Shown: positions 37,242-51,440, counted from the stretch's first letter. The stretch: 64,000 nt of DNA from Vicugna vicugna (GCA_013265495.1 MU058781.1:11887009-11951008), one strand, 5' to 3'. A program made the numbers and translations. The notes: generated by a model not told the origin, from the sequence alone.

Positions 37242-37390
37242 TAAGAAATAATACAGTTGTCTATAAGAAATAATATAGTTGTCTGTAATAAATATGTATT
37301 ACTGTCATAATCAGAAAATAGTATATAATTTTAATGAAAATGACTTTTATCATCAGAAAATATTGTGCAATTTTGATAAAAGTACTGCTT
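37242..37390. repeat. Two adjacent AT-rich tandem duplications (22-bp x2 and ~42-bp x2)
   Basis: taagaaataatacagttgtcta / taagaaataatatagttgtctg at 37242-37285. atcagaaaata recurs at 37310 and 37352 with similar flanks. Confidence 0.8.
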
Positions 37391-37488
37391 CTCCTTCTAG
37401 TCACCATAGTATGTAGAGTTTGAATACAGTGAGTGAAACAAAAAATAATGTTTTCACCCTTCTTCCTTTCCTCCTTCTTGTCCCTCTG

Positions 37489-37503
37489 CCCCCCCCCCCC
37501 CCC
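37489..37503 (+). repeat. C15 homopolymer, followed by an L2 tail remnant (- strand, ~37510-37610)
   Basis: 15 consecutive C, then cattcattcacc...gtgcctgctctgtg. Confidence 0.85.
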
Positions 37504-37964
37504 GTCATCCCATTCATTCACCAATCTTTGTGTGCCTGCTCTGTGTTAAGACTTGTACTGGAGACACAGTGGTGAAGAAGAAAGAGGTTTTTTTCCATCA
37601 AGAGAGCATCAAATAGTAGTAGAATAATTCAGGCAGGAGGAAGGAGGTGACAGAACTACATTTAATTCTCTGTGATGACATTTAACCATATGATTCCCAG
37701 GCAGGTCTTTCTGTCTACTCTTGCTTTTGAATCTCTGAAATGGAAATGATTCCTGCACTAGGTGCCTTCTAGGATAGGTCTCAGACTTGAAGTCAGAATG
37801 ATAGAACACAGTAGGTGAGACTTCTGTAAAGATCGTGACTGGTAGTGTGCTCTCGTTGTTTTGATGAGTACTTTTTTGGGGCGAGGTAGAATGACTGATC
37901 TGCCATGCTAATGTCCCCCCTTTTTTTTTTTCACATAATTCTTCCCCTATCCAGTTATTTCTCC

Positions 37965-38080
37965 ATTTTATTATGAAATTTTCCAAACATACAGAGAAGT
38001 TGAAAGAATGTTCCAGTGAACACCCACCATCTTGTTTCTACCATTTACATTTTACTCTGTTGCATATCCGTCCCTGTCTA
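37965..38080 (-). mobile_element. Old L1M 3' terminal fragment
   Basis: ttttattatgaaattttccaaacatacagagaagttgaaagaat...gtgaacaccca. Confidence 0.7.
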
Positions 38081-38194
38081 TTATTATCCAGGGTTAATGA
38101 ACTTGTATTCACAGAGAAAGACTCATGGGAGGTATTATCTCTGGGAGATGGAGCCCTTCCTACCATGGTTCTGTCCGTCTTCCCGACAGTGGTA

Positions 38195-38400
38195 ATGAAG
38201 GTAATAATGATGATGACATAGTATTGGCACAAGGTACTGCATTATTAACCCATGTAATGTTCATAATGATGCTGGTACACAAGAGCTATAATTCATCTCC
38301 ATCCTATGGAAGAGGAAACTGAGACCCAGAGAGAGGAAATGATCTGCCCCGAGTCATACAACTAGTAAAGGACAAATGAGGAATCTGGTTAGGCTAGGTT
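38195..38400 (-). mobile_element. MIR SINE
   Basis: gaggaaactgagacccagagagagg...gtcatacaactagtaa. Confidence 0.75.
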
Positions 38401-41400
38401 GAAAACATTTTTTAAATCAGTAGAATTAATGGGAAAAAATTGAGATACCATTTATGATTACGAAAAGTAACTTCAGCATTTGTTTGAAGCTGCTAGTTGG
38501 CAGCTGCTGTGCCAAGAACTGGGGTCTTGTGGGTGATGAAGTCTTGGTCTCCCCGCGAGCCAATCTAATGGACAAAGCCACCATAGGTTGTTGAAAGGAT
38601 CAATGTTTTATTATAAACAATGTTACTGGAATAGTTAGAAATGGAGGGTTTCAGTAGAGGAAATTTATATTATGTATCTAATTTTACTTCAAAGAAACCT
38701 TTACACATAAATAGTTGCTTTTTGGCGGGGTATTGGTGATAGGGTAAAGAATTCCAGCAGATGAACACTGTCTATTTGAAAGTGTCTTACTATTTACAGA
38801 TTTATTATCTTTTGCCTTAGCAGAGGAAAATAATTTGGAGGAAGTGTAGCCAAGGATTATTTACTTTAATCATAAAACATATTCTGATTAATGGTATGGT
38901 AAAGTGTGTCTAATTACACTTCCCAAGGCCTCTTATCAGCAGAAAAAAATTATACCTTCAATATTTTTGCCTTATCTCTTTTTCTACATTTTTATTGAAA
39001 TTTACCAGCACATCACAAAAAGTGCACATTAGAACCTCAACAAGGGCCATGAGCCCCGCTCAGGTGGCTCACATCAGTGTGAGTAGGTAGACAGATTTCT
39101 CTGCAATTGCTGCCCCTAAGCCCATTGCATTAAGAATACACAGTGTTGTGGCAGGAATGGGGGGAGGAACTCATTACGGAGGGCGTACAGGATGTAGAAA
39201 TAAAGGGCCACCATGACACCATTGATCAACATTGGTTGAATGACAGAGTAAAGAATTTTTATATGAACAACAGAAGCATCCTCTGTGATAAACGTTTAGC
39301 ACCACTGAAAACTGAGAAACTTCCTGATCCAGGCTCATTGGCTTCTTTTGGTGGGATAGGGCTTTTTAAATTAAATTAAAAAAAAATCCAGGTTAAACCA
39401 TTTTCAGTTGATCCTCTGTGGGACCATTCTTTGATCAATATCTCTGAATAAGATTGTTCACTGAAGGATGTCTCTTCTCGTAGAAGATAAGAGGAGTTGC
39501 AGTTGTGTTTTCATTTCTTTTTCCTGTTAAAGGATTTCAAGATGTATTTTTATTTATATAGAAGTAAATATTATTTTGAGAAACTCTTCCATAATCACTC
39601 CTATCTTGTTTGCTGTTTTGAATCAGTAATCTAGAGTGTTGCAAGTCATCCTTATTAGCATTCCTCTGAAGTTACTGCTTCAGATGAGAATTTTATATAG
39701 AGGATGGAGGAAGTCAGAAAATTGCAGTTTTCCTCTTGTTGAGGTGAGACATCTACAAAGGTAGATGCAGCCCAGCAGGGTGATGCAGCCCCACTGTTTG
39801 TGCTGTCCTGATGACTTGTTCTCCTAGACGGCTCCCTTGACCGTGGGGGTCCTTGTGACTTCCATATGTCACAAATTCTAAATATGATTCCGTGCCTCGC
39901 CCTCCTCCCAGAGTCTTTCCTGTGCTGTGGTTATTTCTTAACTGAAGGGTGACACTCCAGCTTTTCGTTATTTCAGATTCATCCCCTTCAGGGTGTGCAG
40001 GCTTTTGGTGAAAAAACTGAGCAGATTTATTTTGACAGCATCGCCTGGAGGACTTGCCCCATTTCTTTCTAGGAAAAATTAAAATTGCTCTGCCTTTTTT
40101 TTTTTTTAAAGAAACTGTCTCTTTCATAAAAGCCACAGCATTATAAACAACTTCATTGTAGGATTATAACATTGTTTTGAAAAATCCTCTCTTGGTCAGA
40201 GAACTACAGAACCAAAAGAAAGAGGTCTTCCAGGATCAGTGACCCATGTCCTTGCTTCCTAAAGCCCTGGGGGCAAAGGGCATCCAGGAAAATGAGTAAA
40301 TATCATATCTTAGTCTTTAGATGGGTTCACTAACTCACAGTAACTTAGTCTGGTTTTTTTGTTCGTTTCAACAGGAGGCTAAAGGAAGTTCTTCCTTAAC
40401 CTAAAAGCATGGAATGATGGGGCCACATGGTCCCTTAGAAGTGGTCTTTGTCATTCTCTGCAGAGATGAGGGAGTGAGTTCAGTGAGGCTCAGTGGCTCA
40501 CCTGACATGGAATAGTTTGTGAATGACTTCCAGTCCGGTATTTTCTTCACCCCGTGGAGCCATTTAGTTTAAGCTCTCCTGTCCCTAGCCGATGAATAGT
40601 TTCCATGTAAATAGCCCGCCCGTGAAGGAGCCTTCATTGGAGAAGTTGTCATTCAGCAGATACTTTTGGGGAAGTGGGAGACCCAGGTAAAGATGATTAA
40701 GGCCTGGTCCTGCCCTCAAGGAGCAAACAGTCCAGAAAAGGGTTTGCAGGCATGTTTACAGTCTTAAATTTCTTTCTAGCTTCCTCCCCACACCCCCCAA
40801 TTATTGTTACCTTCACATCTCTGCAGAAACAAATGCCTGGTGGTTAAACTGTCATAGAAGGTGGGTTGCCACACTGTGATGTGTGGTGTCTAAAAGGGGA
40901 ACACAGGCTGACAGGCCAAAGTTCATCTCAAGAGAGCATCATCAAGTAAGTGGTCAGAACAGACATCTGAATGCTTTGGGGAAATGGCAGCGGATTGGGG
41001 GGCAAGCACTGAAAAGGAATGGGGGATGTTCTGAGTGTGGGTAGGGGTGAATGATGAGTCTAAAAATGCAGAAAGTAAGTGATGAAAGTTGCAGCTGAAA
41101 CTGCCAGCCAACAAGGGTCATTTTTATGTGTACTTTTGCTGCTGGTTATCACAGAGGCATTGGTCACCACAGTACCCTGTGGAGAGGCCATTTTCAGACA
41201 CCCCTGTGGTCCTCTGTCAAGGGCACAGCTTGGTGTTCACCAGGTCGCTCAGAGAAATGCTGCTTACCTGGGTAGAGGGTGGTTTGTTTCTCGCTAGTGT
41301 TTTGGGGCTGGGCCATTATCTCTTTTCCACCTAATATTCTTAGGCCTTCTCTCACCTAGCTGTGGTTTTCCAGAGAATCCATAAAATTAGAAATCTTAAT

Positions 41401-42404
41401 TTTAGGCACTTCGCATTAGGCTGATACACTTGCTTTAAACATATATACACATTTGAAGTTAATTCAGGTTGATTTCCTTTTATTCGCATAGCTGCGTGGA
41501 GGAGGGTTTGGGGAGAGATGTTAACACCTTTTCCTGGATGGTCAGTTAATGCCGGTTAGTGCCAGTTTGGATGACTTAATGTTGGGAGGAAAAGAATTCA
41601 TTTTCTAAGCCATCAGGAAAGAGGTCACTTCTCTGAATATTGGGTTACTGCAGGGGAGGCATGGCTGGAGGAAGAGCTGCTTACAGATTCATGCACAAGA
41701 CAGTTATCATATTTTTTCTGATATGGGTGGAACTTCGCGTCTCTAACAGTGAGACCCAGTGATATTCATGACTAGGACCTGTTCTTCCAGGAGCTCTCCA
41801 CTCAGGATAATTCATTTGTGCTCAGAATTCACAGCCACGACACACCTCTTAAGTGACCCAGCGGCAAAGGAACATCTTGAGTCATGAAAGCACACAAATA
41901 GAGAAATCGCCTGTATGTTAAAATAATGCATGTTCCCTCCTCCAAAGGTCTCTTTACGTAGAATTGAAATGTCAGTAGTGTCCTTAATTTGAGTTAATCC
42001 TTTCCTTAATGGGAACTGCTTGTGCTGATAGACTGGTGCATCTTTTAATTACTGGCGAGCCAATTATTTAGTGGAAAGAGACTGGTTTTTGAAAGCTTGA
42101 CTTTAGGGAGGCTCATTTATGTGACAGTCACATGCAGAGGACACAGGCTTTGCCGTAGTCAGGTTATTTGAGGGGAGATTTAGATCAGGCACGTGCCTCC
42201 TTTCTGCCAGACACTGTGCTAAGTGCGATGTGATGTAGACAAGCTCTTTGGGGTGCATATAAATTATTGCTCGACATGAGAAGGCTCTGAGGAGTAAATA
42301 AGGGAACCCGTGGTTCAAGCCCCCCAGCTTTGGTTTGCGATGGTGATGAGAGCACTGAGAGTGGGAGACTCACCGCCAGGGGGCTGCTGGGTACATGGTG
42401 GAGA

Positions 42405-42570
42405 CACTGATGAATGTGGGTTCCAATTCTAGCTCCTTTCAGTGTCATTGGGGCAAGTTAAATTAAACCTCTCAGTCTAGATTTCCTTGTCCGTAACATG
42501 AGGACTGGGGTAACTTCTGACAGGGTTAGATGCAATAAAAGTGCTTCCCCATTCCTGGCTTATAGCAGAC
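42405..42570 (+). mobile_element. MIR SINE
   Basis: gggttccaattctagctc...gggcaagtta...cctctcagtctagatttccttgtccgtaa. Confidence 0.7.
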
Positions 42571-43364
42571 TTCAAAAATAGCTGCCTTCCTTTCTTCCTC
42601 CCCACAGTTCATAAGAGGAAGAGTAGTTGTGTTGGGAGAAGGCATTATCTTTTGATAAGTATCTGAAGGATACTTTTGGATATTTACCTGAGTGGTCCAC
42701 AATGAAAGGACGGTGTTTGTGGTTAGACCAAACCTGGGTTCCCTGCTTGTGCAGGTGTAACGCGGACATCAGGGGCTGCCTGGCTACTGGGGCTTTTGCT
42801 CCACGTGCACCTACTAACAAAGGATGCTGAGCTACCTGTCTTCATGCCCTGCTGGGATGTGGATGTAAACCTGCCCGTGCATCAGAGAAGACCCTCAACA
42901 GTCTTGGACCCTTTGACCAGGGATGCCGATGGGAGACCTGAATGGCCACCTTCTATTGGGGATGGGAGTGTATTTGGTGACTGGGTGTGAGTCAGATTTC
43001 TGAAAAAGGTTGCAAATTGGCAAGTTTTATAAAAACGTCAGAGGTATTAAAACCAGATCTCAAGCTTGTCTTGAAACATTCAGAAGATATACCAGGCTGA
43101 CTTCTCATGAGTGGAAAACAAAAATTCTGTTAATTTACTAGCTTTGAAAATAACACCAGTGAATGTGTAGGGGTGGTTTGGATGGAACCTGTTCCTTCAT
43201 GTGATCGTTAGAGAACTCGTAAACCAAATTATGCCTGGAAGACATTTTATTTCCAATTTCAGTTGCTTTATTGGTCTGTTATGGGAATTAAAAAATTGCT
43301 TAGCGTGGGCTTTCAGAGAGCTATTATTACTTTTTGGACCGTGATTACTGTTGTTATTCTCATG

Positions 43365-43580
43365 AGACAGCTACTATTTACTGAATTGTTACTGTTGGCT
43401 AGGCTCTGTGCTGAGAAGCTTTTAGCACATCATCCCATTTGCTCTTCCCAACTTGCATGGGAAGTGGATACTGCATTGTATCTGTTTACAGTTGAGGATG
43501 TGAGGTGTAGGGAGATTAGATAATTTGCCCAAGACACGGCCAGTAAGCAGTAGAGCTGGCTCAGGCACATCCGACTTGAG
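43365..43580 (-). mobile_element. MIR SINE
   Basis: ctatttactgaa...tttacagttgagga...taatttgcccaagacac...agtaagcagtagagctgg. Confidence 0.75.
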
Positions 43581-44782
43581 AAACATGTCACATCATAATT
43601 CCTACAGAATTATGTTTGTAGGAATGGTCTGACGTGCAGAACTCATGTGGTATGTCTGTGTGACTTCCATTTCTGTTTTTATCTTCTGTTTCTCCCTGTC
43701 TTTAGTTCTTCACTTTAAAGTCTACATGTAAATCATGTTAATTTAGCACAGTCTACAGTGAACTCACTTTAGCACTTCCTGCGAAAAGACCTCAAGCCTG
43801 TAAGCTGAAGTCCCTCGTCGCTGGCTCTCCCTGTGCCCTGTCTGATGGCTTTAGGTTCTCTCTGTGTTAGACCAACATGCATCTTCTTGGAAGCTTTTCC
43901 TTCCTGCGTGTCTTTGGAAGAATTGGAATCAGTCTTCCTGCCATGAAGGGTTTCTCAGGGAATCAAAAAGACATTTTAAGTATAATGATGGAATTTTGAC
44001 TCACCCCCTTTATTCTTAAATGCTTTACATAGATTATGTCCCTGCCCCTGGCTGTACTTAATGGTATCGGCCAATTTTTCCCCCCAAGATTGAAATGGGG
44101 AATTTTTTGGACTCATATCTTGAAGCTCCTTTACAAACTTAAATCTGGGGAATTAAAACCAATCACTTATGAAGGAAGTGTGTTTTTCTCTAACAGTGGC
44201 TATCAGAGTAATAAGCAAAGTGATGCCAACACAGCTGGCAGCCTTCTGGGCAGGCAACCTGTAGTAAGCAGGACTGGCCTTACTCCTCTTGAGCATTTAA
44301 AATGCCATCACCACCCGCATCTTCATTGTCATCTGGAAACGTGTATAAAGCCCCTGCCTATATATAGCATGTTGTATTATCACTAAGGTGGTGGAAGAGG
44401 CTGGGACTTTGGAATGTCTCTGCTCACTGAAAAAAAGCATCAGTCCAGACTTGCCCAGACTGCATTCTAAAGGACCAGGCTAACCAAGCCATCCTTAGCA
44501 GCCCCTTCTAAATGCCAAGAAGCATAAAGTCTAAGATTTGTGATATACATAGTTCTAATTTTATGCATTTTCTAGATACTGAATAGTACTTTTGGCCCCA
44601 TTTCTAATGTATTTGTACATTTATGCTTATTCAGTAGGAACTAACACATACTCGAACAATTTTGAATTATTTTAATGATTTCTTATATCTTTGTTTTTAT
44701 AACATTATTATGACTCAGTTCAGACTTAAGAATGTTATTCAGGGATGCAGTCACCAATTTTAATATCCTTCCTATGGGGGGA

Positions 44783-44945
44783 AATTATGTTATATATATT
44801 ACATATATAATACAGTATATTATGTTGCATATATAATCGTATATATAATATATATGACATTACATTATATAACGTATTATATACATTATATGCATGTTAT
44901 ATATAGTGTCATATATAATATATAAAATGTATATAATATATAACA
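44783..44945. repeat. Degenerate (TA)n low-complexity tract
   Basis: About 160 bp of tatata/atatat variants. Confidence 0.85.
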
Positions 44946-46179
44946 TTGATTATTCTCTAATCCTATAGTTTCTAGAAACACACTGGAGTTAAAAAGTAAG
45001 GGTGGTCGACTTCTTTTAACTATTTATGGGAGACATAGGACCATATCAGTTACCTGTAACATAGGAACTCAGGCTTGCTTGCAAAATGAATAAAATTATG
45101 TTCTTTTGCAAGGATGACAGTATTCCTGGGATTTAGTATCCTCATTCTCAAAATGAAGGAATTGAACTGACAACTTCTAAGGTCAGCTCTAAACTGATAG
45201 AATTGCCCTGTTAATCTCTTGGGTCATACAATTTTGTGATATAACTGGGGTTAGCCTGAGTGTTTCAAAAGCCAGATTAATGAAAGCTCATTCTCCAGCT
45301 GTCGGGTTAGGAGATTGTTCAAGAATGTTGCCCTGTCATTTGAAATCTGGTTCGCTCATGAGTAAGCCAGCATCATTATACCGAGGCCACCTCCCTCATC
45401 GCGCCCCCACCTGACCGCTGCATCCCCCTCACCGCCCAGTTGTGGAGCCAGCATCTTGTCTTAGGTGCACCGCTGAGGCACATGGAAGGTCTAAGACACA
45501 GGGCCCAAAGGGGGGACACTGACACCTACCCTGTTCATCCCGACAGCATTTTCTAGACCCGTTCTCAGCTCATTTGAATTTGGCAACCAAGAATCTACAT
45601 GTAGTTTTTTTTTTTTTTCAACTGACTTCCCTTTTTATATCTTCCTAATTTCTGCTCCTTTCCAATAAAACTATAGACTTACATTCTACAATGGGCTGCC
45701 TTTAATCTCCCTCTGCCTTGATTTTCCCAACTGAAAAATGGTGATACTAATATCAGCCCTTTTTATTCATTTGGGGAAGAAAAATGAGATAACTGATATC
45801 ATAAAGTACTTTGAATTTAGAGCAGGAGGGTAGTTCAATTATAATAAGAATCTTCTATCTTTATTTTTATGTGACATTTAAAAAGTTAGCATTTAATACT
45901 CATCAGGGAGGGAAATCACATTTTGAATGTCATTGGTAGACTGATGGCTGAGAAGATGTTAGAGTTGCCTGCAAAAACTAAGAAAGTGTGTTTCAAAATG
46001 ATTAAAACCAAGCCATCTACTGCTTCTTTTCAAATAAGAGAATTCGATGGTAACTGAAGGGTGTAATAAAAAAATGAGAATGTATACTTTTACAGATATA
46101 TTTTATATATATCCTTTTAACTCAATTTCAATAAGAAAAAGTATAACGTATAGTTCAGGAATGGTTTTGCTGTGTGGTG

Positions 46180-46385
46180 ATCTGTATGGTTCAGTATAGT
46201 GGCTATTAGCCAGAAATAGCTATTTGAATTAAAAAATTAATTCAAATTAAATAAAGTTAAAATTTAGGTACTCAGTCACATTAGTCACATTTTAAATGCT
46301 CAGTAACCACATGTGGCTGGTGGATACTGTATGGTAAGTCCAGATACAGAACATTTCCAGAAGGTTCTATGACACAGTACTGCTC
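46180..46385. mobile_element. MER3 (hAT-Charlie)
   Basis: ctcagtcacattagtcacatttt...gctcagtaaccacatgtggctggtgg...acagaacatttcca...gaaggttctat. Confidence 0.88.
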
Positions 46386-46629
46386 TAGAGGAACTGAAAA
46401 AAGGCACAGGAAAATTCCCTTTCCCTTCTTCCCCATAGTTGCTTTTCTAGAATTCAAATAAAATCTCTGGCTTTGTATTATTATATTTTAAATGTACATG
46501 GGACATTATTAAAGGAAGCCAAAGGTGTTTGGACCAATCCAGTGGTCACTGTATCATGTACTGTCTTGAATTGTTATGTAATTATTTCATGGGTACAAGC
46601 CAAACTGTTACCTTTAGCAAAGTAATTAA

Positions 46630-47390
46630 TCTCTTGTAATCCAAATTCACTCCAGCCACAAGTCCATTTGTGCTCCATCATCAAAGTGTATCCTGAATCT
46701 GGTCACATCTGACTGCTCCCTCTGACCTCTCTGGTCCCAGCCGTCATCATCTTTCTCGCAGATTACTGCAGTTTTGCCTCCCGGCTGGGTTCCCTGTTTT
46801 AACCCCCTTGCCCTCTCACCCACCTTCCAGTCTGTTCTCAACATGACAGTCAGAGAGATCATTTTAAATGTCAGGTCACATCACTCCTGTGCTCAAAATC
46901 CCCGGGTGGCAGATCTCACAGCCCCCACTGACCCCACCCACGCCTGCTCTCCCCAAGTCACGTGAGCTCCTCTTTATCCTTCAGTTACCTCAGGCATATT
47001 CTCATCTCCGAAATATGCTGTTTGCCTTTGCTGTTTCCTCTGCCTGGACCACTCTTGTCTAAGATGAGAATGAGACGGCTCATTCTTTCACTTCTTTTGG
47101 ACCTTTTTCAACATGACTTCATAATGAGGTCTCACCAGACTGAAAATGTCACCTACCCCCTCCCCTCCCCCACCCCCACGCAGCAATCACTGTTTTCTTT
47201 CCCTGCGATGTTTTTCTCCGTAATATTTATCACCATCTGGCACACCTCATTCTTACTTATTTATTTGTATATAGTCTCTCTCCTCCCAGTAGAAGAGAAG
47301 CTGCTTGAAGGCACGGCTTTATATCTTTTTATCCTTAGTGTCTAGCCCAAGGAGCACATTCAATACTTGCTTAATAAATAAATGAATAAC
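46630..47390 (+). mobile_element. L2a 3' region
   Basis: tcacatcactcctgtgctcaaaa...tttgctgtttcctctgcctgga...tail caatacttgcttaataaataaatgaat. Confidence 0.85.
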
Positions 47391-49199
47391 TCAAATATTT
47401 AAGGACAATTATGATGAATCATACAAAAGAAGAGCACAGGATGAGTTCACTGAAAAGAGAATTACACGATTTGGGAACCAGAGTGCTAATCTAACGGAAT
47501 TCCTTTTAGCACAAGGTGGAGAAACACAAAGACACGTTTTCTGGTATAACCCTTCCTCCACACCCATTCCTCTTTAAGGTTACTCTGGCTTCAGCCTCTG
47601 CTTTCCGCTGGCTCTGCAAGGGGCCCCCACTCCTCTCCTTCCCACTCTTGAGGGACCACGTAGAGGAGAGTTTGAGCCAGGGCTCCTGGGGTTGTAATGT
47701 GGACAAACAACTTCCAAAAGAAAAAGAACTTGGGGCTCCAGTCTTGGCTGATCCTTCTGTAGACCACCCAGTCCTTCGCTCTCCTGCCACTCAAAGAAGT
47801 CAGAAGAGGGATCCTGCTGGTTTTGCAGCTGGGCTGCACAGGTATGTGTGTTTGTCATGAGGGAGCGGGGTCTGTGGGTGAAGGGGCCAACCACAGGTGG
47901 CCGCCTTGGAAGGAGAGGCGATGAGCTACAGAAATAGAAATATGGAAATAGGCAGAGAGTTCCTGTCCCGTGCTAAGAAGTGGTTGATGCCAGACTGAGG
48001 TACCCCGCCTGTTTCTGGCGTAGCTGGGAAGAGGGGAAAGCTTGGGAGTGATTGGGAGCAAAAAAAAAAAAAGAGGGGGATCACTTACAGTTTGCTGGTT
48101 CCCACTGAGGCAGGGAGGAGGCACCACCACGGAGAGAGCCAGTTGCTAATTTCTACATTAAAGGGCGGAGCAGAAGCAGTGTTTGTGTCTAGAGGGTGTC
48201 AGCTTTTTGACTTCCTCCCATGTGCAAAGGCTGGGTTTGGCTTCGAAAGCTCTGCCCCTGTTTCACTTTATCTTGAAACTTTGAGCCTCTGGGGACAGTG
48301 CTTAGGTGGGGTTCTCTGAGTAGATGAGTGATGTTTTTATGTTCCCTGAGCAAAACACTTCTCCAAATAGCAAATCGCATTTATCTGAAGCTTCAAGAAA
48401 GAAAAATACGGTCTATTTTGAAAAAATAGGCTTCCTCTCTGGAACTTACTTTCACTGTGCTCTGGTTGTTAAAGATACATTTCCTTCTGATTAAATGGTC
48501 TATTAATTGTCACTAAAATAACATGATTTTTTCCCTATGTTTTGCATGAAGTCTCTTCCATCATTACCCTGACCCACCCTCGGTGAATTGTTTAGCTTTG
48601 TGGATTTAACTCTGCTGGCACAATTGGGGGGAAAAAAATCAAGGTCTAGAAAGCCATGGGATGTCTGAAATCATTTCACAGAGTGAATTTTGCTTCCCTT
48701 GCATCCGTTGCTAGAAATGACATTCCCTGCCGGTGGGAGCTGTAGGAGACTAGCCTTTCTGTGCTGAATTGGTGAGTCAAGTACTGTGAACACAGTAGGC
48801 AAAAAGCAGGGATGTCAGTGTTTGGCATTTCTACACCTTTCCTCTGGAAGGGCTATCTTTTTCTTGTTTTATTTCTCTTTGTTTTGGTAGGTGAGTTGGG
48901 GATTAGCTAGTAGATCTGTTTGAACTGGGTCAAGGTGAGCTGCAAACAACAAATTTTCAGGTACTTCCCTGATAGGATATGACTATTAAATAGGAAGGAT
49001 GCGTCAATTATGTGGTAGGCGTCAGGAATAAACAGACAGCACTGAATTTTTATAATTGGATTCAGACTGAACTCGAGTTTTCACAATTGGAAAGGAGGTG
49101 AGGGAGAGCAGGGAACTTTGACTAGGACAGATTTGGTCCCTGCTCCCAGACACCTGACAGTCTGGTGGGGCTGGTGGAGCTAAATATGTATTTCCACCC

Positions 49200-51230
49200 A
49201 TCATTAAAATTGTGATAGGTATTACTAAGGAAATATGCAAGTATTGTGGGAAAATACAACCAGGAGATCTGCTCTAGTCTGGACCTTCTTCAGGAAGTTC
49301 TTTATTTAGGATCTGAAGGGTCAGTGGGTGTGAACCAGGGGAAGGTAAAGAAAGGAGGGGAGGGGAGAGCAGTCGAAGCAGAGGGTGGGGCAGGAGCCCA
49401 CCCCTGGGGAGGACCAACAGGAGGCCAGCATGGCTAGACCTGGAGGGGTTGGGGAATGGGGAGGAGAGGGAGTGAAATGAGGCAGGCTCCAGTATAGTCC
49501 TGTGGAGCCACTGAAGAGCTTAAGCAGAGAAGCGATTAGATAACATATGGGTTTTTTGAAGATCACATCAATATCATCCTACATAGGCAGTTGCTTGGTG
49601 AGGCAAGAGTGGTTCTGTTAGGAGGCTATTGCAAATGATATGGGAACAAGATGATGGTGGCTTGGAATAGAGTCTTTGCAGTGGAGTTGGAGAGACATGA
49701 ATGGTTTTAAGAACTATTTAGATTACATTGAACTTGGCGAATGACTGAGAGAGGGAGTGGAATTGACAATCCGTAGATTTCTGGCGAGAGAAACTGGATA
49801 GATAGCGGTGCTCATTACCTAGCTCAAACTCTAGGAGGAGGAGCAGATTCTGAAAGAAAGATCACATGCTGAGTTTTAGGAAGAGACATTCAAGTGGAGT
49901 TAGGTCAATAGATCTGATGATCCAAGAGAGGTCTGGGCTGCACATAAACCTAGGAGTCATCTGGGATCCATTGAAGTCATGGGAGAGAATGGAAGATAAC
50001 AGGGAATGGGAAATGGATGGGATCGGGGAGGGGGTTGGAAAACCCGAGGAAGAGAATTCCCAGCATGGAAGGCTGTGTCAATGAGAAGGAGAGATCTAGT
50101 TCAGCTAGATCTAATTCAGCTGTGCCTAGTGCTAAGGCGAAATCTAGTTAGGAAATGCTGAAAACTATCTGCTGGACTTAGCAACAAAGAGGTGATTGGG
50201 ACCTTGGCAGAGTTGTGGGGGCAGAATAGTGAACAGTAGAGTGAATATGAGGCAGAAAAATGAAGACATCTGTTGCAGATCCTTTTTTGAGAAGTTGGGC
50301 TCAGAGGAAGGAGGGAGTTAGATGGAGCTACAAGAGGGGTGTAAGAATCCAGGAGACAGAGATCTTGGTACCTCTATATTTGGACATTTAGATATGGAAG
50401 GGAGAAGGCAGAGTCAGTCACTTAAAGTTCCTGCATAGGTGGGCGGGATATAACCCTGAGCCCAGGTGAGGGGATGGGCATTTCACCTCCAGCACATCAG
50501 AGGGAGAAGAGGAAGAGAGGACAGGTGTAGCCGCAGGGGCAGGTGGGTGTGGAGGGTTGGGGCGGGATACCATTCTGATTTTATGTACTCCGGGGGAGTA
50601 GGAGCGAGGTCATCTTCCCAGATGAAGGGAGCAGAATCAGCTTGTGGGTTAGATCCATTCTCCAGCTGCGCTTGGCAGCCGCCACTGCAAGCCTGGAATA
50701 GGCAGGTGCTGGGTGGGGCAGTTCATCCAGGGCTGAGGTTTTTCTTTGTGGACGTAATGAAAGGACAAGGAGCACACAGGCTGAAGGTATTAAGAGGGGA
50801 GGAATGATTTCAGTGGGGTTTTAGTGGGATGAAGATAGCCTGGGAGGATGTACAATGGTCAGTGACCCGGGAGTGTCAGGTGAGCGCAGCTGAGGAGAGA
50901 AAAAGATCCAAGTGCTTCGCCAACTATAATGTGTATATAAGTCATGTTGGGGATCTTATTAAACTGCAGATGCTGATGCAGTCAGTCTGGGAGTGGGGTC
51001 TCAGATTCTGCATTTCAAACAAGCTCCTAAGTGATGCCAGCCCCTCTGGCCCATGGATCACACTTCAGGAGAAATTAGAAAGTTGTGGTCAGGGAGTGGG
51101 ATGATGAATTAGAAATCCTAGGGCTGGTACAGTTTTAAGCAGTAGATAACACGACCCAGGGAATGACTAAGTAGAACGAAAGATCAATGAATGAGAAGGC
51201 CACCTGATCACCGAGTCTCTCTGGATGCAT
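49200..51230 (-). mobile_element. Long degraded L2, interrupted by MER5A
   Basis: Purine-rich antisense L2 signature: ttttgaagatcac, gttaggaggctattgca, gatgatggtggcttgga, gagacattcaagtggag, ggacttagcaacaaagaggt. Confidence 0.75.
50909..51072. mobile_element. MER5A (hAT-Charlie)
   Basis: ggggatcttattaaactgcagat...agattctgcatttcaaacaagctcc...gtgatgcc...ccatggatcacactt. Confidence 0.85.
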
Positions 51231-51234
51231 GACA

Positions 51235-51440
51235 ATGATGCTAACACTTTCTGTTGGCAGTACTGTTCTAAGTACCTTGTGTGTGTTTTGTGGTTCAATC
51301 ATCACAACTCCCAATGAGGTATGTATGATGATCCTTTATGTCACAGATGAGGAAAGTGAGACCTAGAGAGGCCTTTCCCCAGATCACCCACGCTTGTGAG
51401 TGGTGGAGTCAGGATTCAAACTGGGGCAGTCAAACTGCAG
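51235..51440 (-). mobile_element. MIR SINE
   Basis: tactgttctaagtac...acagatgaggaaagtgagac...gtggtggagtcaggattcaaac. Confidence 0.8.
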
